A DNA stretch of 64,000 bases from Eledone cirrhosa (taxonomy: Eukaryota): NCBI GenBank assembly GCA_964016885.1, contig OZ024740.1:284022001-284086000 (forward strand). The letters are read 5' to 3'. The notes under the pieces are model-generated. The model did not search any database and was not told where the DNA came from. It worked only from the letters and a program-made list of their open reading frames with translations. The translations under genes and the position numbers were made by a program. This document shows positions 50,437 through 63,778 of the stretch, piece by piece (within the stretch, counting starts at the first letter, position 1; each line of letters opens with the position of its first letter).

Positions 50437-50456
50437 ATATATACCAACACATACTC

Positions 50457-50498
<42 letters not shown>

Positions 50499-50812
50499 GA
50501 GTATGTGTTGGTTGTTTACTGACACTTCAGTATGCAGGTTGGAGCACTCAACGCAGAGCACAGGTTGGTCTGTTTACTCCATATATATATATATATCCAA
50601 TTCTCTAACCACTCAGCCACACGCCACACGCCTTCACACTAATCTTGAGGTTGTGAGTTCGAGACCGGTCGATGCGTTATGTCCTTGAACAAGACATTTT
50701 ATTTCACGTTGCTCCTTCTACCTGGAGTTGCGACCGATAGATAGTACTAGCAACTGGAAAGACCGATGGAAACATTGTTTCCTGGGTCCGATTTGACGAA
50801 AGTCGATCGATT

Positions 50813-50845
<33 letters not shown>

Positions 50846-50983
50846 TCATCATCATCGTTTAACGTCCATCTTCCACGCTTGCATGGGTTTGGACGGGAGT
50901 TTTCCCACTTGAGGCAAGAGTGGTTGTCTTGCTCGCATAGGACTGTCTGGCGGGTTTTCTACGGCTGGATGCCCTTCCTAACA

Positions 50984-51032
<49 letters not shown>

Positions 51033-51224
51033 CACAAACAGATGCATATAAATATATGATTCTTAGAAAGATAACAAATAACTGTGAAGATTAGTGAGAC
51101 ATTGTACCAGAAATCCAGCCTACTGAAGCAAGCATGCCAGACAATCATTGAAGTAGTATAGGTGGTGGTGACAGAGGTTAGTATGTATAATATACTCTCA
51201 GGCTTCTCACCCACTGTTCATCTC

Positions 51225-51450
51225 TTTATATCAGTCACTCTATGGCAGGTTTGCAGTCGAGCCCCTAGCAGTGGAGACTTCAGGTGTCCTTGGCCCTAGG
51301 GCTATCTCCCCACACATTAGCATAGGCACTGAGCTGGCTAGCTGCAGGTGTAAGCCTCGCGAAATGGAATGGCTCTTCCAGTGCATCTCCCTCACCATCC
51401 TCTGGAGAAACGCCTTCTCTATTCTGTCCGCTGGGGCCGTGGTGATCCAA
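51225..51450 (+). mobile_element. 3' end of the same CRE-like family
   Basis: AVETSGVLGPRA..REMEWLFQCISLTILWRNAFSILS; a similar block lies at about 60865-61035. Confidence 0.7.
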
Positions 51451-52015
51451 TTTGCTCATAATAGTGATAGATGGGGAGGGCGAGAGAGATGGAGGTGATC
51501 TCAGTGGGAGTTTGGCTCGTCTGTGTTTAAACCTGGTGTACATGTGTGTTTATGTTTACTAAATCTCTTGTGTATCCATACTACCGACTATATCTTGCTA
51601 AGTAACAAAGAAGGTAATTAGCTCTGTTCATATCTAATCCTTCCACCACTAGCTATTATCATTAATACTCTGTCTATCTTTGATCATCATGTTTTGATAT
51701 CTGATCTCTTCCCATCATTCTTTCTCTCATCGCATGTAGCTCTTCATTGACATTTACCTCTGTTTTCTACCATCAGCATCTGTTGATATCAATCACTTCC
51801 ATCCATATTCAATACTATCACCTTCTGCCATTAACCATCATTCTCTTATTCCCATGAAATTATTAGCAGATAGCTAGTGTAATGTTACTTATCATTTCTC
51901 TGTTGCTATCCATCACTAGCTCTCTCCTACCATGATGCATCCTTATTGCTATCCCACAATTGTGTTCACAATTTCCTACTCAACTTCTAACCAATACCAA
52001 TAACCAGCATGTAGC

Positions 52016-52629
52016 CAGGGCCGGATTTAATGGGGGTAAAGGGGGCAATTGTCCAGGGCTCCCCACAGTGTGAGACCCTACCAGTGTCAACCATAGCAAT
52101 ATATTTGTGCATTCTGCTAGGCTTTTTAGTTTTATCCCTTTGCCAACGAGAACTATATTTTTAACAAAAAGTATTTAATGTCCTTACTGTGGCAAAATTC
52201 ATCAAATTTTCTCAACTTTAGAGATATCAGATTAATACAAAATATTTGATGTCGCTGTGTAAAGTGCTTGCACTGGTATTGCAAAAACAATGCACCCAGT
52301 AAACACTCTAAAGGAATGGCATCCAACCATAGAAACCATGCCAAATATGTAATGTATGACTAAGATGAGGTCACTTCAAAATGTCTGGTCTCAAGCTGTG
52401 ACAATCTGTCTAACACATGCCAGTGAGGAAAGTAGATTTAAAATGAGCTTTGTTAGATTTTTTTTAAAATTAAATACCTGTGTATATAAATTTTCAATTC
52501 CAATTAATTGAGCAATCTGACTTTGATATGAAAAAATGGGGGTTTCGTATGCATTTAAAATTTTTTTCTATGAGGGGCCCTCCTGAATCTGAAGTTCCCC
52601 AGGTCCACCAAGGTCTAAATCTGGCCTTG
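52016..52629. mobile_element. hAT-type MITE
   Basis: TIR CAGGGCCGGATTTA/TAAATCTGGCCTTG; 8 bp TSD CATGTAGC/CATGTAAC. Confidence 0.8.
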
Positions 52630-55600
52630 CATGTAACTATCCCTATCATTCTTCCTTATCCATTACTTTATTTACCCCTTCCTACTCATAATCATACTCT
52701 ATCCTCTTTCATTTCTTGGCCAACAATCCTCTTCTAATCACTTGCTTGTCTTGAATAAACAGACACTAAACAGAGTGGAGTGGACAAAGGAACCTTTCTA
52801 GTGTTGATACCATGATAAAATGCACAAAGGGGTCCCAATCAAATAGGCCCACTGTTGACTCTTTAGCCATGTTGAGGACTTGACAACTACTCTAGTGCTG
52901 ATAGAATGATAAAAGGCATTCTGTACCTATGTAAAGTAGTCTGTACTAAGAAAGGCATCCAGCAGAGAAACAATGTAAAAAATGGTAGTTACATTGAATA
53001 TGACCTGTCCAACACATGCCAACATGGAAAGGTGAATGGAAAATTTTAATGATGATCAACATAATTTAATGTCTATTTAATGTCCATTTAATGTCAATCT
53101 TCTCTGCATACATACATATCTTCATCCTCATTATTTAATGTCCATTTTCCCATGCTGACACGGGTTGGACACACATACACACACACACATATATATATTA
53201 TTCCTTAGCTCAAGAAGGAGCAGTGACGATAGATTCTAGTTTTAAGTAAGGACAGCAGCAAGGTGATTAGTAGCTTAGAGAAGCAGTCTGCTGGTGAAGC
53301 AATGAGAGAGCAGGGGAATGAGAGAGCATGAGTGAGAGGGAGGGTGAGCGAGGAAGGGAGAGAGAGTGGGCAAATCAGAGAGAGGAGGAGTGAGAGAGGG
53401 AAAGTGAGAGAGAGAGAGAGAGGAGGAAGAGAGAAAGGGATGAAGGAAGAGAGGGGGAGGAAGAGAGAAAGGGATGAAGGAAGAGAGGGGAATGAAGAGA
53501 GAGAGGAAGGAAGAAAGAGGGAAAAGAGAGAGGGAGAGGGGGGAAGAGAGAGGGAGAGGGGGGAAGAGAGAGAGAGGGGGGCAGGGGAGACTACATTTTA
53601 AAGGTTGCTCAGTCATAGAATATTAGTGAATGAATATATGATAATTATATATTCAGTGTGCCTGTGCAAGCATTCTTTTTGTATAATTTTTCTAATAGTG
53701 CTTACAATTCTGTTGAATAAAAAGTACAAATATAAAAAAAAGCCATATTCTTCTTATGACAAATCTACTCCATCTACATATGACAGAAGTAGTTTGTTGT
53801 AGCAATTAGTTTTCAGTAGCTATTAGTATTTATTGTTTACATGTGATTACACTAGTTTTGTATAATAAAAACAAAATTGGCAAAATTATCAAGCTATGTA
53901 ACGTTCCAGCAGCATGTGTTACTCAGCTTGGCACTAATCAATACCACCTTGCCGTTATAAACATTACTAAGATTAGTGAAAGTAAGCTACACACTCTTTT
54001 TTTTTTTGGCTTATTATTCATGTATTTTTGTTTCTGCTGCAATATGTTTCAGGGCAATTCATTATCTGATGTTTATTGGGTTTTTTTCCCCTAAAATTTA
54101 TTCTCTGTGGCAACAGAATTTCAAATACACACTGCAAATACAGTGTGCTTCAATTTAGCAGGTTTTTATTTCATCTGCATTCCTCTTTATCTGTTATCCC
54201 TATTTTCCATTGCCAGTTTGAGTCTGATGATTCAAAAGAATAATATACTATTACTACTTGTATTTAACATCAAAATTACCATCTTAGGTCACAGAAAGTA
54301 ATAATAAAAAAAAAAAGTGGAAAGTAAAAAAGGAAAAGAGAAATGAAGTCAAGATCTTAAACATTATTATTTTAACAACATTTTCATGTAGAATAAAACC
54401 TTTTTATAGTTATTTAGCATCAGATTAACCTTGATTGAGCATGTCTATAATTAAAGGCATTCCAGTCATCATCATCATGTAATTTTTTTTTCAAGTACTT
54501 TTCAGGGGAAATGACAAAGGAACATAGTAGGTGAAGGGAAATTATAAGACCCATCCAACCCATACAAAAGAATGATAATGATGATGAGTGTAATCTATCA
54601 TAGATGGTCCAACGTTTTCTTCCTTTTGTTTTCATATATTTTTGAAGATGGTAAAATGTGATTTGAAGGACATATGGCTTCTATTTCTAGTTTGCTGAAT
54701 GACATAAGGCTTCTATTTCTAGTTTGCTTGTAAAATCAAGACACTATAGAGAAAATGAAATAGGCAGTTGTGACATTCATACCTGTCAAAGGAAATGTGT
54801 TTATATGTATCCGCTCGGCAAAAGAAAACATTACTTATTCTTTTCACATATTTTAGGATCTCATCATCCATAACATTCACAAAATGAAATAAGTTTTCAT
54901 GTGTATAATAATATAATTGTTTCTACTTTTGGCACAAGGCCAGCAATTACCCAGTACATTACTGGTACTTTATTTTATCCACCCCATAAGGATGAAAGGC
55001 AAAGTGAACCTCAGCGGGATTTGATAATAATATAATAATGGTTCATACATTGTAATCATTTTTTGAACAAGTAAGTAATTGAGTTTCATAATTATTGTGA
55101 CCATTAACATTTTTCATAATTATTGTGACCATTAACATTTTTCTTTAGTACACAACAACAATATCAAATGTCACCATTCATTCAGATGACGGCCATACAA
55201 CAACAATATCAAATGTCACTATTCATTCAGATGACGGCCATATTGTCAGACAAAACATGTAATGGCAGTTTCTTAAAATAGCCACAAGCTTTTGATTTAT
55301 GAAGAAGAGGAAATGGAGTATGGAAAAGGAAATTAGGTTCAGCAAATAATATAATTCACGATAAGATATACAATATCAATTGTTATGATGTGTTGGTATA
55401 ATATATATTTATAGTGAATGCTCACCAAAATGGAATGACTTTGAGGATTTCAATTTATATGCATTTGCATCATCATCATTTTTATGTCAACTTTTCCATG
55501 TTGGTATGAGCTGGACAGGACTTTTTGAGGCAATGTTTTACACCCTTCCTGATACCAAACCTTTAAATCACTTCTTATGCTAAGCAGGGATACAGTGCAC

Positions 55601-56514
55601 CTATTCTAAACCAGATACCCCAAATTAAAATTAATTCTAAGTAAACTTAAAGGCAGAGGGAATATTCTACTTCATTTAAAGAACTTTAAAGTTAAACAGC
55701 CTTCACTATTCTATAATAAATAATTCATTTTATAAAGTTATTTGAAATTTCAGATTAAATTTCCTTAAAAGTATAAAGCAATTACAAAATTGCAATCATG
55801 CATTCATTAAAATTAGATACCATTGAAATACATACTTAACAAATGATCCTTACAATTCAACAGTGCACTACATTGTGCAAGAGTCTTCTATTATAGCTCA
55901 GAGTTTACCAATACCATGTGAGTGGAATTTGGCAGATGGAAACTCTTCAGAAGCCCTTCATCTGTATGTATATTTTTTTCTTTTGTCATGTTGCACTTCC
56001 AGACTCATGAAGTTCTTATAACTTGTGTTACATTATTTTTGTTAGTTTACTGGTGTTTCATAGGTAGTTTGGGAGGTTTTGTTTTACCTTAGAAGCAATA
56101 ATCTTGCTTTTGAAAAGACTTCACCAAGATGAAGAATTTGAACTTAAAACAATACAAGCCTGAAGGCATCTCATCTGACTAACAGTTCTGTTGATTCACT
56201 GCTCTGAACTGATAGTTTATCAGTGGAATTGGAACTAAGAGTGCAGAGCACTAGAACAAATATATATGTGTGTGTGTATGTTTGTCTGTGTATTTAACAC
56301 AACACCACTAGTTAAAACAAAACACTGGTGCATAGTAAAAATAGTATCTGCTGATCAGTAAAATATAGAACAATAAAATAAGTACCAAACTGTCATAAGC
56401 ATTGAGGTCATTATGATCAACCAAAAACACCGGAATGTGGTGCCACAGCATGGCTGCAGTTCAATGACAGAAACCAGTAAAAAGAGCAAAAAAAGTGTGT
56501 GCGTGTGTATATAT

Positions 56515-59070
56515 CATCAGCATCATCACCGTTTTACGTCCATTCTTCCACGCTAGCATGGGTTAGACGGGTTGTCCTGTTGTCGGCAGTATCCGGTCGG
56601 CTGACCATGCCTTGCTCATACGGGAACTGATTCTGGCTTGATTTCTACAGCTGGATGCCCTTCCTAACACCAACCTCATTTACAGTGTGAGCTGGGTGCT
56701 TTTTTGCCGTGGCACCTCCATGGTCACTTTGCAGTGGGAGGGGGTAGGGGCATATTGTCTATATGCTTCAGCTTTGCCTTGTCCCTGTGGGAAGTCGGGT
56801 CTTCTGTATTATTGCGTGACGCCAGAGGTCACGGTCGTGTGTCATTGCTCTTGAGAGGTGCAATTGGGTAAGGTCAGCTTTTAACACCTCATCCCAGGTC
56901 TTCTTGGGTTTTCCCACTCCGCGAGTGCTCTGCACCTTTTTATGCAGCAGTCATCCTTCATACGCATCACATGTCCATACCAACGCAACTGCCTCTCCTG
57001 CACACAGCATTTGATTCCTCTTATGCTCAGTCTCTCTCTCAATTCGTTTATGCTTTGCCGTTCGCGTATATACTATTACACATCCATCGAAGCATGCAGG
57101 CTTCGTTTCTTTCTAATCTACGCAAGTCTTCCACAGACAGCGCCCAGGTCTCACTACCATGTAACACGCTGTTCGTATACACGCATCATACAGTCTGCCT
57201 TTCATTTTGAGGGAAAAGCCTTTTGCAGCTAGCAGTGGCAGTAGCTCCCTGAACTTCTTCCATCCCGTTCTTACTCTAGTTATTGTACTTTCCGAACACC
57301 CACCTCCGCTGCTAATTCAGTCACCTAGGTAGCAGAAGCTGTCTACTGTTTCTACAGAGCCCTCCCAGAGTTTGGTGGTGCTTGTTTCCTGTGGTTGTTC
57401 ACTGCTTGCTGTCCCAGCACAGCTGCTACATCTGAAGCCTACATTCTTAGTTGAGCTTCCTGAGATACCGCTACATCTCTTGTCTACCCATTGTTTGCAT
57501 TTGGGGCAGAGAATGGAGTTCCTACCTACACCTTTCCTACACACTGAGCAAGGCCATTTCCCTGAGGGGATGTGGGTTCTGTTTTCTCGTCTACTTACAA
57601 CCTTAGTCTTTGTCAGGTTGACCCTAAGACCCTTTCTCTCTAGTCCTTGCTTCAAGTTTGGAATTTCTTCTCTAGTTCTACCATAGATTCAGCTATAAGT
57701 GCGAGGTCATCTGCATACAGGAGTTCCCATGGGCATCCGGTCTTAAACTCCTCCGTTATTGCCTGCAGAACTATGATGAACAGGAGAGGGCTAAGAACAG
57801 AGCCCTGGTGGACACCGACCTGTACGCTAAATTCCTCGCTATAGTCATTGCTAATCCTAACTTTGCTGACTGCTCCCCTATACATGGCTTGTACAGCTTT
57901 CACAAGCCATTCATCTACTCCTAGTTTTCTAAGAGCCCACCAGATTATAGCATGGGGAACTCTGTCAAAGGCTTTCTTGAGATCGACGAATGCCAGGTAG
58001 AGCGGCTTACTTTTAGCTAGGTACTTTTCCTGTAAACTGCCTAACAAGGAAGAGGGCATTAGTGGTGCCTTTACCTGGCACAAACCCAAATTGCATCTCA
58101 CATCTAGTTTCACCCGGTCCCTAATCAACTGTGCTATAACTCTTTCTGTTACTTTCATGACCTGGTCCATCAGCTTTATACCTCTATAGTTTCCTCTATC
58201 TAGTGCATCACCTTTACCTTTGTAGCAGTTGACAATGATGCTACTGCACCAATCCTTTGGTATGACACCTAGTATTACCTGGTTAACAATACCTGTGGTT
58301 ATGGTGTGACCTACCAACCCAGATGCCTTCAGCATCTCGGCAGCTATACCCGATGGACCGGTTGCCTTCCCCGTCTTTATATCTTTGATTGCCTTACTTA
58401 CTACGCTGCTGCTGACTTGTACTGCTGGCCCCTCTATAGGGTCTACTTGGGGTAGGGTCTCTTCTTCCCATGCATTCTCCTCATTTAGTAATCTATCATA
58501 ATGGCTCTTCCACGCATCTTTCTTCTCAGCACTTGTGAGGGCAAGCTCACCTTTATCATTCTAGATACACTTCTCTCCAATGACATCACAATTCTCTCTG
58601 ACACACTGCTTCGCAATCTTGAACACCTCCTGTTTCTGGTCCTCACGTTGCAAAACATGCTTGAATTTTCTATCCTCTGCTTCCCTCCTGGTCTCTATGT
58701 AATGTACCCTGCTTCCCCTGTTCTTCCATTCTTTCAGTGCCTGTCTCTTGGCCTTAACTGCTTCATCTACCTTATTGTTCCACCACCAAGTCACTCTCCT
58801 CCTGCCTGTGGTCTTACTCCAGCCACAGACCTCATACGTCGCCTTTAGTAAGTTATTTTTTAGGAACTCCCAGTGCTCTTCTACATTGAATGTCTCTATC
58901 TGTTCTTCTTTACTGTAATAGGCGTTGAGTAAAATATCTTTAAATCTGTTACTGGCTGAGGGGTCTTTCAGCTTCCAGATCTTTCTTCTCCAGGTTGGCC
59001 TCTGTTTCCAGGTTCATCTAGTTCTGACCGTGAGGTCGCTGTCGCTGATAACTGAGCTATGTTGGGAGGT
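56515..59070 (-). mobile_element. RTE-clade LINE, 5'-truncated and frameshifted reverse transcriptase plus 3' UTR
   Basis: ORFs 57652-58335 (YKGKGD..NYRGI, FVDLKKAFD, GVHQGSVLSPLLF, LLYADD) and 57317-57655 (Cys-rich insert, FCYLGD); 3' UTR ends in (GAT)n. Confidence 0.95.
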
Positions 59071-59478
59071 ACATATATATATATATTTGTATTGGTGTTC
59101 CAGCATAGTGATATACATATGAATGTACGTATTGTATATTGAATAATATATGGGATGTTTATGAAAAACATTTCGAAGGCCTTTCACTGTGAATTTCTAA
59201 GGTTGCGATCAACATCACACACCCAGCCTCAGCAGAAAAAAGGGGAGTGACAGATGCACTTCTAGCTTATTAGCTGTTATCAAGACTACATATCTCCTTA
59301 TATTTGTTGAGACTAATGTAAGCTTGAATCTTATAGATTCCAGTCTATGATTATGAGCTGATGAAACTCATTTGCAGACGGAGCAGTAGTCGGCCCAAAT
59401 TTAATTAAAAATTTGTATTGGTGCTCTGTACATTCATATATATATTCCCCCTCAAACCCTCGGAACTCTTTTCCTACC

Positions 59479-59524
59479 CACTTTTCTCCTGATGAAGAGC
59501 TTATGCCCGAAACGTCATCAAGTG
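59479..59524 (+). ncRNA. Degenerate minimal hammerhead motif (Penelope-like type)
   Basis: CTGATGA AGAGC TTAT GCCC GAAACGTC. One mismatch in helix II and a disrupted proximal helix I (distal CACTT/AAGTG remains). Confidence 0.55.
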
Positions 59525-59656
59525 TGAAACTAATATTAACATTTTGTTCTGCCTCTTCGCTTCCACGTTGTTTTTTTGTTTTTTGTTCAGTCTCAACTAT
59601 ATATCATCATCATCATCATTTTATGTCCGCTTTTCCATATATATGAAAGTGTTCAA

Positions 59657-59845
59657 GACCCCGACGGCAGAGATCAAGCTGTTTCAACGGCTATTTCTGG
59701 ACTAAAATAGTCCAGAAATAGCCGTCGAAACGGCTTGAGCTCTGCCGTCAGGGTCATACATTTTCCTAATACCCACTCTACTACCCTAGGTATTGAGTAC
59801 TCTGGTGCGTTATGGTCCATCTGGTTGCTTACCACAACTCCTGCG

Positions 59846-59846
<1 letters not shown>
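59657..59846. repeat. Fold-back element, same family as 50240-50436
   Basis: Hairpin 59657-59755 centred on GGACTA AAA TAGTCC; the same extension runs into (TA)n. Confidence 0.85.
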
Positions 59847-59885
<39 letters not shown>

Positions 59886-61739
59886 CGTTTCTGAATTTGT
59901 TTAGCAAGATTCTTTATCTGAAAACGTGTGTTGAAACCGATATTGTTATACTTTGGGAGGGTCATGGTGTGTGTGTTTCTTATTGGCAACATGACACTCC
60001 CAAACTATAACAATATATATATATAAGTAAGTTAATTTTATAATTTTCTTATTTTACGTCTCTTATATTATTGTTCTGCAACCCCATGCATTGAACCACA
60101 CTGTTATTAAGACAAAACCTATATATTTGCTAGCATTGATATGCATCTGTATGTTACTAGATATGAATTCTTTATTATATATATATATATATTATGGAAT
60201 ACTGTTGGCTTCTTGCTACAATACTTTCTATACCTTTAATTTATATATATATATACAGATAGACAGATAGATATGCAATTATTAATATCTTAGTAAATAT
60301 TAATTTGTCAATACATAAAAGATTGCAGTCATATCTTTAATATCCACTGGTAAGTAAAGTCTGAAGATGGGGGGAATATATTTGAAGATGAATGAGGAGG
60401 GTTGAAGTAATACAAGACAATAGCAATTATAGTACATATAATTATCATTTGGGAATGGTGGATTACAATATATCATTATAATGGTTGAAAAGGATGCATG
60501 GTGATAAAAGTTACAAAAAAAATAATGCTTGTTGGCAATTTTAGTAGTTTAAACCTCACTTCTGAGATTTATTAAAAAAGGTAATAGAATGTGAATGGCC
60601 AAAAGAAGTTTGGTGAAAGGATGCAGTGAGTTGGTAGTGAAAAGTAATAATAGTACAGATAGAGTAAGAAAGGTTTAGAAATTAAATAGTTTACTTTCAT
60701 CCAAGTAAGTTGTATTTCATGAATAAGATAACTTGGCTACTAAGGAAAATGTTTTGAAGATCTGTTTTAGACATATTAACATTGGTGATTCTCTATCCAC
60801 CAAACTCAATAGATGATGATAATGATATTGATAACTAACTAAAAGGTAAGTATAAATTGAGTTACAGATGTGAAGACTTCTAGCATTCTTAGCCTTTGGA
60901 CAACATCCCTGCTCACTGCTATCTGAGTGGAGTCGGCTACCTGCAAGATCAAACTCCAAGTGTTGGAGTGGCTGTTCTAGTGTCTCCCTCACCATCCTCC
61001 AGAGTAATGTCTTCTCCATTCTGTCCACAGGGATCATGAGATGAACTAACCCATAACACTTTAGCATTTAAACTGGCCGTATCAGGCCAGAATTCTCTTA
61101 CCTCTTTTTCTTCAAACCAGCCATAACCAGCCCCTCATACTGATGTTAAGGTATTGTTCTCAAAATAAATAATATAAAAATCTCATAGATTTGATATTAT
61201 GTGAGATAATTATGTAAGATAAAGCATGCGAGATAAAGTGTTTACCATGAAAATAAAATAGTAAATATAGAGTAATGTAAATGCTAAAGGGTTAAACAAC
61301 TAAAAACCTTCTGAACCTGTTTGAAAAAGATGCTATGTCACATGACTAGTAAATGAAGTAGCTGTTGCTAGGTTTGACAGTATTTAGATAGTAAGAAAAT
61401 TCAAGTTAATATGTTCAAGTGGAAAAGTTTATATCTCACATAATATCAAACCAATGAGATTTTGTTGTTATTTATTTTGAGAACAATACCTTAACATCAA
61501 TATGAGTGGCCAGTTATAGCTGTTTTGAACAGAAAAAGGTGAAAGAATTCTGGCCAGATATGGCTGGTTTAAATCGAACCCAGTGTGTTACTGGTACTTT
61601 ATGTTATTGAACCCATAAGGATGAAAGGCAAAGCTAACCTTGGTGAAATTTGAACTCAGAACATAAAGGGATGTAACTATATGCTGCAAAGCATGTTCAA
61701 CATTCTACTGATACTGCCAATCCACCACCCTAAGGATGA

Positions 61740-62180
61740 AATAATGAAAACAGATCCTAACACTAAATGCAACCAGCACAATGAGGTGGTTGACCACATC
61801 ATCTTTAGCTGCCCAGTCTTTGCTAAGTCATGTACACAGACATGATCAAGTCAGCAGTTATCTAGTCAGCAGCTATATACACTGAGCAATATGTCAACAC
61901 TTTGATGTAAAAATGGGCATGAAGTGGTATAAATACATTCCAAATATAGTACATGACAACAACCTGTTCAGAATTAGCTAGGATATATACCCATCCAAAC
62001 TGATAAAGGTATCAAATCAAACTACCCAAAAATAATAATTAAGGACTGGAAAAAACAAAAAACATGCCCACTGCTAGATAATGCAATCGCTTCTGACTAG
62101 AATATTGCTCAAAATGAAGTGGAAAAACTGTTAAAATACAAGGATCTTGAAATTGAACTACACAAGCATGAAAGCAAAAA
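61740..62180 (+). mobile_element. R4/Dong-like non-LTR retrotransposon C-terminal fragment
   Basis: C..HNEVVDHIIFSCP, RHDQV, PIQTDK.I, EVEKLLKYKDLEIEL: CCHC plus restriction-like endonuclease pattern, decayed. Confidence 0.7.
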
Positions 62181-63747
62181 CATCACTAATAATAACCAGA
62201 TCATTGGGTGTATATATGAGAGAAGGTGTGATATTTATGGCTTAAGGGAGCACAAGATTTACCAGTTACATACTGTAAAGTGGTTGGTGATAGGAAGAGC
62301 ATCCAGCCGTAGATAGCTTGCCAAACAAAGGGTTAAGAGGACCCTTTAGTTCTGTCAAGGACAGAACAGCCTCCCTAGTACTGGTGATCTACACAATAAA
62401 TGCACCCAGTACACACTGTAAAGTGGTTGGTGTTAGGAAGGGTATCCAGCTTTAGAAAGCTTGCCAAACAAGGGGTTAGGAGGACCCTTAAGTTTATGTC
62501 AAAAGACATGACAACTTCTCTGCACTCAATATGACTGTACATAGCAGGATATAGACCCCTTGGCCTGTCTGGGAGGTCAACAGCCACTGCTTCAGTACTG
62601 AGTTGGTCTTTGTAGACCTGTGCAACCCTTGTTAACAAATAAATCAGATGTTAAATGATGATGATGATGATGATTATGATCGTGGCGAACTGTATGTAAT
62701 TACAACTTTATGGACTGTGACACTGAGAATTGATGTCTTAAGATGATACACTACACAGCACCTAAGATAGCATAGAAATTTATGATTCTGTGGTTGGTAG
62801 TCAGTTACTCAAATGACTTAGTTATCAATAACCATTGTGAGAACTGACTCTCAAATTGAAATATCAATGTAGAAAAAATTATTTACTAACTAAATTAGGC
62901 ACACAATGCTCATGGAATTTTCAATTGCTTATCCAATGCTGCAATGGCTTGAGACATATCTTCTGCATGATGCAAAATTGTTTTTCTTCTCTAGAATCTT
63001 TTTGCTGGTATATAATTCTGCATTTGAATTTGTTTGTGTATGTGGTTGCATATTTATGTTCATATTTCCATGTATTACATATAACTCTACATGTGCTACA
63101 TTCCATGATATATTTTACGTTGTTGTTTGGAGCATAGAAACAGAAAGATTCTTGCATAAAATCATAATGGAAGGTTTTAATTTAAATATGAAACACTTTA
63201 AAATAGGCAGTTTTCTATGGAAGAACCAGAGGTGGTCTCAGGTGATTTAGTATTAAAAGGGTTTAAATAAGTATAAAAGGGATTCCTTTAAATTAAGCCC
63301 TCTTGATTTCAAAATAAAATAAAATAGCTTTACAGTTATCTTCTGCAATGCTCTGATGAAATAATAAAGAGTCAACATCCAAATAAGCTGTTGAGAGATC
63401 ATCAAGGATTTTAGAAATACAGTATATGCTGAAAACGATAGTTGACATATCACTAATAAGCAAATGAAGTTTGGGATTTGGTTTTGTTGAAGCTTTAGAG
63501 GGAGGAGCAAGCTGGATTCAAGAATTAATAAGTGAATTAGTCAGTGTCAAAGAAGAGGAGATTAGTGAAAAAGAACTACAGTGAGCTGAGGTTCATGGCA
63601 CACAAACAATAATGGGGGATTCTCTACCTTGGATTCAGTACTGTTCTTTGAATCCTTCATTACAATCTGCCAGGATGAAAAATAAAAATTAAAGAATAAA
63701 AAAAGAAAGTCTATCACAGTTTGATGTTTATATATACACACACACAC

Positions 63748-63778
<31 letters not shown>

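Noticed and set aside
59357-59400. CTGATGAAACTC..GAG motif
   Set aside because: No GAAA or cleavage triplet at a suitable distance.
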